In this document: piece after piece, positions 51,480 to 63,800 of the stretch
How the letters are laid out: each line of letters begins with the position of its first letter
Position numbering within the stretch: the stretch's first letter is position 1
Assembly (NCBI GenBank): GCA_963768355.1
Contig: CAVYHT010000026.1
Location: forward strand, 1,536-65,535
Length of the DNA: 64,000 nt
Direction: 5' to 3'
Origin: an uncultured Alphaproteobacteria bacterium
GTDB lineage: Bacteria; Pseudomonadota; Alphaproteobacteria; Rhodobacterales; Rhodobacteraceae
Translations under genes and position numbers: made by a program
The notes under the pieces: generated by a model
The model's input: only the letters and a program-made list of their open reading frames with translations
What the model was told of the DNA's origin: nothing
Database searches by the model: none

Positions 51480-52364
51480 TCAGTCACCGCTGCCCTCTGC
51501 CAGCGCCTGCAGATAGACGCCGTATTCGTTCTTCTTGAACACTTCTGCGCGGCGCAGCAACTTGTCGCGCCCGATCCAGCCCATGCCAAAGGCGATTTCA
51601 TCGGGCGAGCCCACCTGCAAGCCCTGCCGCTTTTGCAGCGTGCGCACGAAGTTACCGGCGTCCAGCAGGCTGTCATGCGTACCGGTATCCAGCCAGGCAA
51701 AGCCCCTGCCCATCTTCTCGACCGTCAGGCTGCCGTCGGCCAGATACATCTCCAGCAGCGTCGTGATCTCCAGCTCGCCGCGCGCCGAGGGTTTTACCTG
51801 CCGCGCCCGCGCCGGAGCATCGGCATCCAGAAAATAAAGCCCTGTAACGGCATAGTTCGACGCCGGCTTTTCCGGCTTTTCGATGATCGAGCGCACCTGC
51901 CCCTCGGCATCGAACCCGACAACCCCGTAACGCTCCGGGTCCGACACCCTGTAACCGAACACTGTGCCGCCGGTTTCGCGCTGATCCGCACTTGCCAGCA
52001 ATTCAGGCAGGCCGTGGCCGAAAAAGATATTGTCGCCCAGAACAAGAGCCGACGGCGACCCGTCAAGGAATTCCTCTGCCAGGATGAAAGCCTGCGCCAG
52101 CCCGTCTGGCGAGGGCTGCGTGATATAAGTCAGCGACAGCCCCCATTCCGAGCCATCGCCCAACAGCCGCTTGAACTGCGGCTGATCGTCCGGAGTGGTG
52201 ATCACCGCAATCTCGCGGATACCCGCGAACATCAGCGTCGAAAGCGGGAAATAGACCATCGGTTTGTCATAGATCGTCAGCAATTGCTTCGACGAACCCA
52301 TCGTGACGGGATAAAGCCGCGTGCCCGATCCGCCTGCCAGAATGATGCCCTTGCGCTTGGTCAC
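51480..52364 (-). CDS. rfbA: glucose-1-phosphate thymidylyltransferase
   Basis: GTG at 52364 after [27 protein letters not shown]...[25 protein letters not shown].. Intact from that start. Confidence 0.9.
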   Translation of the reverse strand: MTKRKGIILAGGSGTRLYPVTMGSSKQLLTIYDKPMVYFPLSTLMFAGIREIAVITTPDDQPQFKRLLGDGSEWGLSLTYITQPSPDGLAQAFILAEEFLDGSPSALVLGDNIFFGHGLPELLASADQRETGGTVFGYRVSDPERYGVVGFDAEGQVRSIIEKPEKPASNYAVTGLYFLDADAPARARQVKPSARGELEITTLLEMYLADGSLTVEKMGRGFAWLDTGTHDSLLDAGNFVRTLQKRQGLQVGSPDEIAFGMGWIGRDKLLRRAEVFKKNEYGVYLQALAEGSGD

Positions 52365-52377
52365 TGGTTCGCCTCCC

Positions 52378-53423
52378 TCATCCCGCCTTGGCACCCAGCC
52401 GTTTGCCGACGCCATCGCGATCCAGCAACGCCCGCCACCAATCTTCATTCTCCAGATACCAGACGACGGTCCTTTGCAGACCTTCTTCAAGCGTCACCGA
52501 GGGCCGCCAATCCAATTCGGTCCTGATCCGGGTCGGATCAATCGCATAGCGCAAATCATGGCCGGGGCGGTCGGTGACGAACGTGATCTGATCGACATAG
52601 GGTTTTGCGCCGGGACGCAACCGGTCGAGTATCCCGCAAATCGTTCTGGCGATATCAATATTCGTCGCCTCGTTCTCGCCGCCGATATTATAAGTTCGCC
52701 CGACCTGTCCCTTCGCCAGGACCGTCAGCAGAGCGTCGGCGTGATCCTCGACATAAAGCCAGTCACGGATATTCTCGCCCTTGCCATAGATCGGTAGGGG
52801 CTTGCCCGCCAAGGCGTTCAGGATGATCACCGGGATCAGTTTCTCGGGGAAGTGATAGGGGCCGTAGTTGTTCGAGCAGTTTGTCACCAAAACCGGCAGG
52901 CCGTAGGTCTCATGCCAAGCCCGCACCAGATGGTCGCTGCTGGCCTTCGAGGCTGAATAGGGGCTGTTCGGGGCATAAGGGCGTCTCTTCGGTGAACATC
53001 CCCGTCGCACCCAGCGAGCCATAGACCTCATCCGTCGAGATATGATGGAACCGAAACGCTTCCGGCCGACCCGCGCCCATCCCAATAGGCCCGCGCGGCC
53101 TCCAGCAGACGGTAGGTGCCGGTCACATTGGTCTCGATGAACGCGCCCGGACCGTCGATCGAGCGGTCGACATGGCTTTCGGCAGCCAGATGCATCACGG
53201 CGTCAGGCCGATGCTGCGCGAAGATGCGAGCCAACGCCTCGGCGTCGCAGATATTGGCGTGCTCGAACGCATAGTTTGCGTGATCCGAAATACTGTCGAG
53301 GTTGGCAAGACACGCCGCATAGGTCAGCGCATCGAGGTTGACCACCTCATGCCCCGCCCCGATCGCCTGCCGCACAACGGCCGAACCGATAAATCCGGCG
53401 CCGCCCGTAACCAGTAATCTCAT
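52378..53423 (-). CDS. rfbB: dTDP-glucose 4,6-dehydratase (about 2 frameshifts near 52950-53080)
   Basis: [18 protein letters not shown].. (ORF 53028..53429). ..[43 protein letters not shown].. (ORF 52378..53085). Confidence 0.9.
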
Positions 53424-53493
53424 GTGCAATTTACCCTTGGTTTCTGGCCGATCTGTCGCCAGTCGACTTGTCGAAATGATGGTTTTCCTATGA

Positions 53494-54337
53494 CTAATTC
53501 AGTTCGGCCAGCACGGCGCCAAGGCTGGCTTTCCAGTCTGGGCGCGCAATACCGAAATCTCGCATCAGGCTCTCGCAATCAAGTCGCGAATTAGCCGGCC
53601 TTTGTGCTGGTGTCGGATACTCGCTGGCCGGGATCGGCATGACCGTAACGGGCCTTCCGGCTTGCGCAAAGATCTCGCGTGCGAAGTCCGCCCAACTGAC
53701 AGACGGCTGCCCGCTAAAATGATAGGTGCCGCCCTTTGACGGGTCGTCGCGCATCTGCGCCGTCATCGCCAATAGCGCCGCCGCAATATCCGCCGCTGCC
53801 GTCGGCCCGCCGACCTGATCGGACACCACGCGCAGGCTGTCGCGTTCCGCGCCCAGCCGCAGCATTGTCCTGGCGAAATTCGCGCCATGCGCCGAAAACA
53901 CCCAGGATGTGCGCAACACCGCCCATTGCCCGCCCGCCGCGTGGGTAGCGGTCTCTCCGGCCAGTTTCGAACGGCCATAGGCACCCAAGCGGCCCCGGCA
54001 CATCCTCGGGTAGCCAGGGACGATCGCCGGTGCCGTTGAAGACGTAGTCGGTCGAGATATGCAGGAATGGCACGCCAAGGTCCGCGGCCGCTGCCGCCAT
54101 CGCGCCAGGGGCGGCACCGTTGATTGTGGTGGCCAGCCCCTCCTCGACCTCGGCCTTGTCGACGCCGGTATAGGCGGCGGCGTTGATCACGGCGCTTGGC
54201 TTGATCCGACGGATCACAGCCGCGCAGGCTTCGGGATGCGCAAGATCGGCCTCGTCACGCCCCAAGGCCACAACGTCACCCAGTCGCCGCAATTCGGTGG
54301 CAACCTGACCTGTCTTGCCAAAGACCAGAACCGTCAT
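53494..54337 (-). CDS. rfbD: dTDP-4-dehydrorhamnose reductase (one frameshift near 53960)
   Basis: [16 protein letters not shown]...[21 protein letters not shown] (ORF 53714..54337). ..[11 protein letters not shown]....[12 protein letters not shown] (ORF 53494..54117). Confidence 0.88.
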
Positions 54338-54903
54338 CGCTCTGCCTCGTAGACAAATGGCGTTCTGAATTCCGACAACAGCGGCGCTGCCGCGTCCTTG
54401 TCAGAGATGACCGCCTTGCCCGGCTCCATGCCCCAATCAATGCCGATATCGGGATCATCGAACCGCACGGCGCCGTCAAACTCGGGTGCATAATAGTCCG
54501 AACATTTGTAGATGATTTCGGTATCCGGTTCCCGCGTCACGAAGCCATGCAGGAAACCCACCGGAACAAGCATCTGTTTGCCGTTCTCGAACGACAACTC
54601 GACGCCGGTCCATTTTCCGTAAGTCGGTGACCCCTTGCGGATATCCACAGCCACGTCGAACAGCCGCCCGCGACCGCAGCGGACAAGTTTGGCCTGAGCA
54701 TGGGGCGGCGCCTGGAAATGCAGACCCCGTACAGTGCCGACCGCCGCCGAAAGCGAATGGTTGTCCTGCACGAAGTCGATGTCGATTCCCCGCTCCGCAA
54801 GAGCGGCACGGTTCCAGCTTTCACAAAAGAACCCGCGCGCGTCGCCATGGCGCGCCGGGGACAGTATCTTTACGCCGGGCAGGCCGGTCTCTTCGATCTT
54901 CAC
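54334..54903 (-). CDS. rfbC: dTDP-4-dehydrorhamnose 3,5-epimerase
   Basis: ..GLPGVKILSPARHGDARGFFCESWN.., ..GTVRGLHFQ.PPHAQAKLVRC..G.LFDVAVD.R..SPTYG.W. The start is taken at the GTG at 54903; the track ORF extends to 54948. Confidence 0.88.
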   Translation of the reverse strand: MKIEETGLPGVKILSPARHGDARGFFCESWNRAALAERGIDIDFVQDNHSLSAAVGTVRGLHFQAPPHAQAKLVRCGRGRLFDVAVDIRKGSPTYGKWTGVELSFENGKQMLVPVGFLHGFVTREPDTEIIYKCSDYYAPEFDGAVRFDDPDIGIDWGMEPGKAVISDKDAAAPLLSEFRTPFVYEAER

Positions 54904-54987
54904 GGACACAGAACTCTCATTGGCATCGGTATGCCGCCTAGCTAGCAAGCCTTTGACGCTGTGTCACGTCGGCAGCGCTGGAATCAG

Positions 54988-55016
54988 CAAAAAGCCCCAC
55001 GCATGACGCGCAGGGC
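54988..55016 (-). terminator. rho-independent terminator of rpmB
   Basis: Minus strand reads AGCCCTGCGC-GTCAT-GCGTGGGGCT (10-bp stem including two G-U pairs) followed by TTTTGC, about 27 nt after the rpmB stop. Confidence 0.6.
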
Positions 55017-55042
55017 TTGCTGGCCAGGTCAGTTGGAAAGGG

Positions 55043-55330
55043 TCAGGCCGCAGCCTGGGCCTTCGCGATATCTTTCTTGATTTTCAATGCGTTGATCGAC
55101 AGTTCGTCATCCTTGGCTTTCGCCAGAAAGGCGTCCAGACCTCCCCGATGATCGACGGTGCGCAGCGCCGCCGCAGAGATCTTCAGCTTGAAGCTCCGGC
55201 CCAGCGCGTCAGAGATCAGCGACACATCGTTCAGGTTCGGCAGGAACCGGCGGCGGGTACGGTTGTTGGCATGGCTGACATTGTTGCCAGACATCGGACC
55301 TTTTCCGGTCAATTCGCAGCGGCGCGACAT
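55043..55330 (-). CDS. rpmB: 50S ribosomal protein L28
   Basis: Intact 95 aa. [33 protein letters not shown]. Confidence 0.92.
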   Translation of the reverse strand: MSRRCELTGKGPMSGNNVSHANNRTRRRFLPNLNDVSLISDALGRSFKLKISAAALRTVDHRGGLDAFLAKAKDDELSINALKIKKDIAKAQAAA

Positions 55331-55457
55331 TGTCTCGCTCCTTCGTTCGTTGGTGTCACTAGGACGGCATGTTCAAAGCAAACGGGCACGGCCCTTGGGC
55401 AGTGCCCTGAATTCTGTTGCCGGGGTTTACGTCCAGACGCGAGTGGCGTCAAGCGAT

Positions 55458-56454
55458 TCATCGGCGGTTTTTGACCATCTCCAGCACCTTTGACGTTGCC
55501 GCACCGGCAGACAGCCGGCCCTTGGCGACCTGCCCGGCAAGCTCTTGCATCTTTGCGTTGACCTCCGGCTCGGCGGCGATCCAGTCGATCAGCCCCTGCC
55601 GCACGCCCTGTTCGAACCAGTGCCGCGCCTGTTCCGCGCGGCGTTGCGCCCAGACGCCGTTCGCCTTGCGCCAGTCCGCCAACGCCTGCATCTCGGCCCA
55701 AGCCTCTGCCAGCCCGCCCTGTTCCAGCGCCGACACCGTCATAGCCTTCGGAAATCCATCCGGATCACGCGCCCTGCGGCGCAGCAGTCGCAACGCCCCG
55801 GCATAATCCGCACAGGTCCGCATGGCGGCGGGTTTCAGATCGCCATCAGCTTTGTTCACAAGGATCAGATCCGCCATCTCCATGATCCCGCGTTTGACCC
55901 CCTGCAACTCGTCGCCGCCTGCCGGTGCCAGTAGCAAGACGAACAGATCGGACATCTCCGCGACCACGGTTTCGGATTGCCCGACACCGACGGTCTCGAT
56001 CAGGACGACATCGAACCCTGCGGCCTCGCACAGCTCCACCGCCTCGCGCGTCCGCCGCGCCACGCCGCCCAGATGGGTCTGGCTGGGTGATGGCCGGATG
56101 AAAGCGTTAGGGTCGCGCGACAGCCGTTCCATCCGGGTCTTGTCACCCAGAATAGAGCCCCCCGACCGCGCCGAGGACGGATCGACGGCCAGCACCGCGA
56201 CCCGCAACCCCGCCTGCGTCAACATCAATCCGAAACTCTCGATGAAGGTCGATTTTCCGACCCCCGGCGTGCCCGGACAACCCGATCCGCAGCGCCTGCC
56301 GACCCGGCGCGCGCAACACCTCCAGCAGCGCCGTCGCGTCGGCACGGTGATCCTCGCGCGCGCTTTCGATCAGCGTGATCGCCCGGGCCAGCGCCCGCCG
56401 CTCGCCCGCCAGAACGCGTTTCGCCAGATCCCCGATGTCATTCACCGTGCCCAT
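55458..56454 (-). CDS. meaB: methylmalonyl-CoA mutase-associated G3E GTPase MeaB/ArgK (one frameshift near 56280)
   Basis: ORF 56143..56454 gives the N-terminus (..[12 protein letters not shown]..). ORF 55458..56345 has the P-loop [12 protein letters not shown], ..ETVGVGQSE.. and ..LVNKADGD. Confidence 0.88.
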
Positions 56455-56544
56455 GCCGCGGTTCTGCCCGGATCACCGCGGCCTGTCCAGATGCAACGCC
56501 ACCGCGCACTGGAATTGGCTGCAAGGATCGCGGATAAGGCGCGC

Positions 56545-58981
56545 ATGACCCTGCCCGACCTGCCGATAACCGACGTCGTGCCAAGACTTCTGGACGCCCT
56601 CCGCGCCAAGGGCCGCGCCGTGCTGCAAGCCCCACCGGGCGCTGGTAAAACCACGGTAGTGCCGCTGGCGATGTTGCAGGCGGGGTTGACCGAGGGCCGG
56701 ATCGTAATGCTCGAACCCCGCCGCCTGGCCGCCCGCGCCGCCGCCGAGCGCATGGCCGAAAGTCTGGGCGAGCCGGTCGGCCAGACTGTCGGCTACCGGA
56801 TCAGGGGCGAGGCAAAGGTCTGCAAGGCGACCAGGATCGAGGTCGTCACCGAAGGCATCCTCACCCGGATAATCCAGTCGGACCCGTCGCTTGCGGGCAT
56901 CGGCGCGGTGATCTTCGACGAGTTCCACGAACGCTCGCTCAATGCCGATCTCGGCCTTGCCCTGACATGGGAGGCCCGTGGCGCGCTTCGCGACGACCTG
57001 ATCCTGCTTGTCATGTCCGCCACGCTCGACGCCGCACCGGTCGCCGCGATGCTTGGCGATGCCCCTGTCGTCACCTCCGATGGCCGCGCTTTCCCGGTCG
57101 AAACCCGCTGGCTCGACCGTCCGCTGCGAAAACAGCTTCCGCTGGAAACCGCCGCAACCGATCTGGTCACGCAGGCTGTCGCCGAAACCACCGGCGGCGT
57201 GCTGGTATTCCTGCCCGGCGAGGGCGAGATCCGCCGCGTCGAAGCCGCAGCTGAAACGCCGCCTGCCCGCCGATTGCACGATCCATCCGCTTTACGGCGC
57301 GATGGATTTCGCCGCCCAACGCGCCGCCATCGCACCCGCCGCGACAGGCCGCAAGATCGTGCTGGCCACAGCCATCGCCGAAACCTCGCTGACCATTCAG
57401 GATATCCGCGTGGTCGTCGATTGCGGTCGCGCCCGCCGTGCCCGGTTCGATCCCGGTTCCGGCATGTCGCGGCTGGTCACAGAGCGCGTGACACGAGCCG
57501 AGGCCGAACAGCGCCGCGGTCGCGCCGGTCGCATCGCCGAGGGAATCTGCTACCGGATGTGGAGTTGGGGCGAGGAAGGCGGCCTGCACGCCTATCCGCC
57601 CGCCGAGATCGAAGCCGCGGACCTCACCGGCCTGGTGCTGGACCTCGCGCTTTGGGGCGCGCGCGATACCGCGGACATGGCCTTTCTGACCCCGCCCAAT
57701 CCCGGCGCCTTCGCAGAAGCCCAAAGCCTGCTGACCGATCTCGGCGCGCTCGATGACCAGCGCCTGATCACCGATCATGGCAAGTTGCTGGCAGCCCTGC
57801 CACTGCATCCCCGGCTTGGCCATATGCTGACGCTGGCGGGCAAAGACGCCGCTCTGCTCGCTGCCCTGCTGGCCGACCGCGACCCGCTGAAATCCCGGCG
57901 GGCGGATCTTATGCTGCGCAAACGCGTTCTGGAAGGCGGTCGGACAGACGACGCAAACCTTGGCACCCTCGCGCGCATCAGGGCCGAAGCAAAGCGGCTC
58001 GCCAGCGCGACCGGCGCGTCCGTTCAAACCTATGGCTGGCCCGAAATGGCCGCCATCGCTTACCCCGACCGCATCGGCCTGCGCCGCCCCGGCGATGCGC
58101 CGCGCTACGTGCTTTCGGGCGGTAAGGGCGCGGTGCTGCCCGAAGCCGATCCGCTGGCCGCGACGCGTCTGATCGTCGCCCTTGACCTTGACGGGGACGC
58201 GACCGAGGCCCGTATCCGGCTGGCCGCCGCCCTCTCCGAATCCGAGCTGCGCGGCCTCTATGCCGACCGTATCCACTGGCAACAGTCCTGCAGCTGGTCA
58301 CGGCGCGAAGGCCGCGTCTTGGCGCGCGAGCAAGAGATGTTCGGCGCAATCGCGCTTGCCGATCGCCATTGGAAAGACGCCCCGACCGAGACGATCGCGC
58401 GCGCAGCACTCGACGGCATTCGCGACCTCGGCCTGCCGTTCACCGATGCTGCCCGCCGGTTTCAGGCGCGCGCCGAACTGGTTCGCGCCAGCGGTGCTGG
58501 CCTGCCCGATTTTTCCGATACCGCCCTGATGGCAACGCTGGAAGACTGGCTGTTGCCGCAACTCGCCGACACCAGGACAGCCGCCGATATCCGCAAGCTC
58601 GACCTGACCGAGCCGCTGCGTGCGCGGCTGACATGGGAGCAGATGAAGCTGCTCGACCGCCTCGCGCCCTCGCACTTCACCACCCCGATGCTGCGCCGGG
58701 TGCCGATCGAGTACGACGGCCATGTGCCAAAAATCGAACTGCGTCTTCAGGAAATGTTCGGCGTTACGCGCCATCCCACGGTAGCCGGCCAGCCCCTGCA
58801 GATCACGTTGACCTCACCTGCGAACCGCCCGGTTCAAACCACGATGGACCTGCCCGGCTTCTGGACCAGCTCCTATGCCGAGGTCCGCAAAGACATGCGT
58901 GGCCGCTACCCCAAACATCCCTGGCCCGAGGATCCCACGATCGCCGAACCCACCCTGCGAGCCAAACCGCGTAAGGGCTGA
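56545..58981 (+). CDS. hrpB: ATP-dependent RNA helicase HrpB (one frameshift near 57245)
   Basis: [19 protein letters not shown]....[12 protein letters not shown] (motif I) and DEFHERS (DEAH-box variant), within ORF 55822..57756. The remainder is in ORF 57008..58981, including ..[11 protein letters not shown].. and ..QRRGRAGR.. . Confidence 0.88.
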
Positions 58982-59046
58982 GACCTACGCGCCTGGCGTG
59001 CCGAGCGGCCAGGGAGTGGCCTGCCGCCGCAAGGCGGCACCGTTTC

Positions 59047-60472
59047 CTAACCGGCAGCGCCACTCCCCCACGGCCCATGATGGCCAGTTCCGCCATCAAC
59101 CCGCGCGAACCCGTGCGCACCAAAGAAATCCCGTTGCGCCTGAACCAGATCAGTGGTGCCACGGCCCCGGCGCATCGTGTCGAAATAGGCCAGTGCCGCC
59201 GAAAACGCCGGCACCGGCAACCCCTTCAGCACAGCAGCGGCGACCGTGCGGCGAAGCGCATTCGAGGACGCAGCCATTTTGTCGGAAAAGCCCGGCGCGA
59301 AGATCAACTGGCCATGCGGCAACCCGTTTCGGGCCGCCCGCGCCATATCATCCAGCATCGCAGAGCGGATGATGCAGCCCTCGCGCCAGATCTCGGCGAT
59401 CCGCGCCAGATCCAGATCCCAGCCAAACTCCTGCGAGGCCGCATCAAGCAGCGCGAAACCCTGAGCGTAGGCGACGATCTTGGCCGCCAGCAGCGCCTTT
59501 TCCAGATCGCCGTCAAGTACCGCATGCGCTTCCTTTGCGGATGGCTTCGCTGCGGCCAGTACAACTTCCCCAGCTTCGCGCGCCTCTTTCATCGCCGACC
59601 AGGACCGCGCGCCCACCGCCGCCTCGATGGTCGAGGCCGATTGACCCAGCCCCAGCGCCTCGATCACGGTCCAGCGACCGGTGCCCTTCTGCCCGGCCTT
59701 GTCGACGATCATCTCGACCATCGGATTGCCGGTCGCAGGATCGTGGCCTGCAGAACGATCCCCGATGATCTCGACCAGATAGGATTGGAGCGGCCCTTCG
59801 TTCCACTCCTCGAAAAGCTTGCCGATAGCCGCCGGCTTGCGGTGATCGCCGTCGCGCAACAGCCCGTAGACCTCGGCGATCATCTGCATGTCGGCATATT
59901 CGATGCCGTTGTGCACGGTCTTGACGAAATGCCCGGCGCCGTCGGTGCCCAGATGCGCCGCGCAGGGATCGCCCTTGTACTTGGCTGCAATCGCCTCGAC
60001 GATATCGCGAATGACGGCATAGCTTTCGGCCTTGCCGCCGACCATGATCGACGGTCCGTGCCGCGCGCCCTCCTCGCCGCCCGATACACCCATGCCGAGG
60101 AACGAAAGCCCCTCTGCCGCCAGCGCCTTTTCCCGCCGACGGGTATCGTGGAAATTCGCGTTGCCGGCGTCGATGATCATGTCGCCCTTGTCGAGAAGCG
60201 GTTTCAGCCCCTCGATCACCGCGTCCACCGCCGCCCCGGCCTTGACCATGATGATGATCGCCCGCGGTTTCGACAGCGCCGCAACCAGCGCCTCTGGCGT
60301 TTCGCAGGGCACAAGGTTTTTCGCCAGACCGCCCGCCTCGGACATGAAGTCGTGAATCCGCTCGGTCGTGCGGTTGTAGGACTGCGACCGGAAATCCCTT
60401 TTCGGCGATATTGAGCGCAAGGTTCGCCCCCATTACCGCCAGCCCCACCAAACCGATCCGTGCCCTGGCCAT
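59047..60472 (-). CDS. gnd: NADP-dependent 6-phosphogluconate dehydrogenase, decarboxylating (one frameshift near 60375)
   Basis: MARARIGLVGLAVMGANLALNIAEKGFPVAV (ORF 59513..60472 start), then ..YNRT.., ..GMGVSGGEEGARHGPSIMVGG.., ..GHFVKTVHNGIEYADMQ.. (ORF 59047..60420). Confidence 0.9.
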
Positions 60473-60590
60473 ACCGCCCCCCGTGTTCGTGTCGCGCCTA
60501 CACTATGGCGCTGGCCGGGGGATGCAAGCACACCCGAACACCCCGACAGACGCCCGCACAAACGCATACGTGACTGTGGAAAACTTGCAA

Positions 60591-60608
60591 TTCACGTTAC
60601 TTTCACGT
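60591..60608. promoter_or_regulatory. tandem TTCACGT heptamers with 11-bp phasing upstream of the NUDIX/PiT unit
   Basis: TTCACGT-TACT-TTCACGT (60591..60597 and 60602..60608) lies about 45 nt upstream of the ATG at 60652. The 7-4-7 layout is the one used by OmpR/PhoB-type regulators. The sequence is not the canonical CTGTCAT Pho box. Confidence 0.25.
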
Positions 60609-60651
60609 ATTAAGCCTATCTAATAAAACAAGAAACGGCAGGTTAGCGCGA

Positions 60652-61149
60652 ATGACTCGGCTTTTACAAAAGGCGTGGTCCGAATTTTTGGACCCTCTCT
60701 TCAGGCGACCCAAACGGGTGCAGGTGGCAGCGCTTTGCTATCGTCAGCGGAAATCCGGCAAGGAAGTCCTGCTGATAACCAGCCGCGACACCGGTCGCTG
60801 GATCCTGCCCAAAGGCTGGCCGGTTGACGGGCTGGACGAGGCCGGATCGGCGCTTCAGGAAGCCTGGGAGGAGGCCGGCGTCAAAGACGGACGCATCGCC
60901 AATGATCCGATCGGAACATTTGATTACCAGAAACGTTTTGAAGGCGGCGCCGAGGCGACCTGCCGAACGCAGGTGTTCCCTGTCGAGGTCGATCATCTGT
61001 CGCGCAATTTTCCCGAACGCGAGGAACGCAAGCGCAAATGGGTCACGCCGATCAAGGCCGCCGAGATGGTGAACGAACCGCAACTGCGCGACATACTTGC
61101 GGGTCTTCTGAACCCCTACCGACAGGTTTCCATTGAATTCCGGCCAGTC
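60652..61149 (+). CDS. NUDIX hydrolase (3' end undefined: no stop codon before the PiT coding region)
   Basis: ..QVAALCYR....EVLLITSRDTGRWILPKGWPVDGLDEAGSALQEAWEEAGV.. (Nudix box with R replaced by Q). The frame runs on into the transporter, so the end coordinate is nominal. Confidence 0.6.
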
Positions 61150-62675
61150 ATGCCGATAGCCCCTCTGCGCAGCAGCTGGGCAGGTAAAGTCGTGGCGACA
61201 GGACAGACGAACAATCAGTGGCGCACGCTCGACAAGGATCTCAACCGGATCGCGCGGGTCGAATATGCCACGCTCTACGTCTCGCGGCCTCTGGTGGGCA
61301 TGGGCGTCTCGCTGGTTTTCATCGTGCTGGCCGCTCTGGGTGCAGCACTGTTCTTCGGGGTTCAGCCAACATCCTATGTCGTCGTCGCCGCCGCAGCCTT
61401 CGGGGCCTACATGGCGCTCAATATCGGCGCCAACGACGTTGCCAACAACATGGGCCCCGCGGTTGGCGCCAATGCGCTGACAATGGGCGGTGCGATCGCG
61501 ATCGCTGCACTTTGCGAAACCGCTGGCGCACTGCTGGCTGGGGGCGATGTGGTGTCTACGATCTCGAAAGGCATCATCGACCCGGCTTCGGTCGCCGATA
61601 CAAAGGTCTTCATCTGGGCGATGATGGCGGCGCTGATTTCGTCGGCGCTCTGGGTCAACCTCGCGACCTTTCTCGGCGCGCCCGGTCTCGACCACACATG
61701 CGGTCGTTGGCGGCGTGATGGGCGCGGGGATAGCGGCGGCCGGCTTTGCCGCCGTCAACTGGCCGAATATGGGCGCGATCGCCGCCAGCTGGGTGATCTC
61801 TCCGCTTCTGGGCGGTCTTATCGCAGCACTCTTTCTGGCCTTCATCAAGACACGTATCATCTATCGCGACGACAAGATCGCCGCCGCGCGCACCTGGGTG
61901 CCGGTGCTGATCGGTGTCATGGCCGGAACCTTTGCCACCTATCTCGCGCTGAAGGGGCTGAAGCGGATTGTCGAGATCGACATGGGCAGCGCGCTTCTGA
62001 TCGGCCTGATCACCGGCGCCATCTGCTACGCCTTCGCGGCACCGCTGGTACGCCGTCAGTCTCAGGGGATGGAGAACCGCAAGCGGTCGCTCAAGGCGCT
62101 TTTCGGCCTGCCTTTGGTGATCTCGGCCGCACTTCTGTCATTTGCCCATGGCGCCAATGACGTGGCCAATGCGGTCGGACCGCTGGCGGCCATCGTGCAT
62201 GCCGAAGAGTTCGGCGAATTCGCGGGCAAGGTCGCGATCCCGTTCTGGGTCATGGTGATCGGTGCCTTCGGCATTTCATTCGGCCTCGTCCTGTTCGGGC
62301 CGAAACTGATCCGGATGGTCGGCAGCCAGATCACACAAGCTGAACCCGATGCGGGCCTATTGCGTCGCCCTGTCGGCCGCGATCACCGTGATCATCGCCT
62401 CATGGCTGGGCTTGCCTGTCAGTTCAACCCATATCGCGGTCGGCGGCGTTTTCGGCGTCGGGTTCTTCCGCGAGTGGCACGAAGAGCGTCGCGCCAGAGA
62501 CCGCAGCCTACAGAACTCCAAAACCAACCACATCGCGTCCCAGGAACGCCGCCGACGAAAACTCGTTCGACGGTCGCATTTCATGACCATCGTCGCGGCC
62601 TGGATCATCACCGTACCGGTCGCCGCTGCCCTGTCCGCGGTGATATTCCTGGCTCTCAACGCCACGTTCGTCTGA
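61150..62675 (+). CDS. inorganic phosphate transporter, PiT (PHO4) family; two frameshifts (near 61690 and 62340)
   Basis: ..WRTLDKDLNRI.., ..ALNIGANDVANNMGPAVG.. (ORF 60652..62160), ..FAHGANDVANAVGPLAAI.. (ORF 61715..62755), ..SSTHIAVGGVFGVG.. (ORF 62349..62675). Start candidates are the ATG at 61150 and the GTG at 61192. Confidence 0.8.
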
Positions 62676-62773
62676 TCGCCTATTGCTTCATTGTCTCGCA
62701 AATATCCGCGCCGAAGGCACCGCGCCGCCGCAGGCGGCGCAATCCCTTCGCTTGACGCCGCAAGGCGTCGCGA

Positions 62774-63701
<928 letters not shown>

Positions 63702-63800
63702 GATCTTGCTTTCATTGACGGCGGGTTGGGGCTGTCCGCCCCTCTTGCCCCCGCTTTGCGGGGCCAATTCACCCCGCGGATATTTGTGGACAAATAATGA

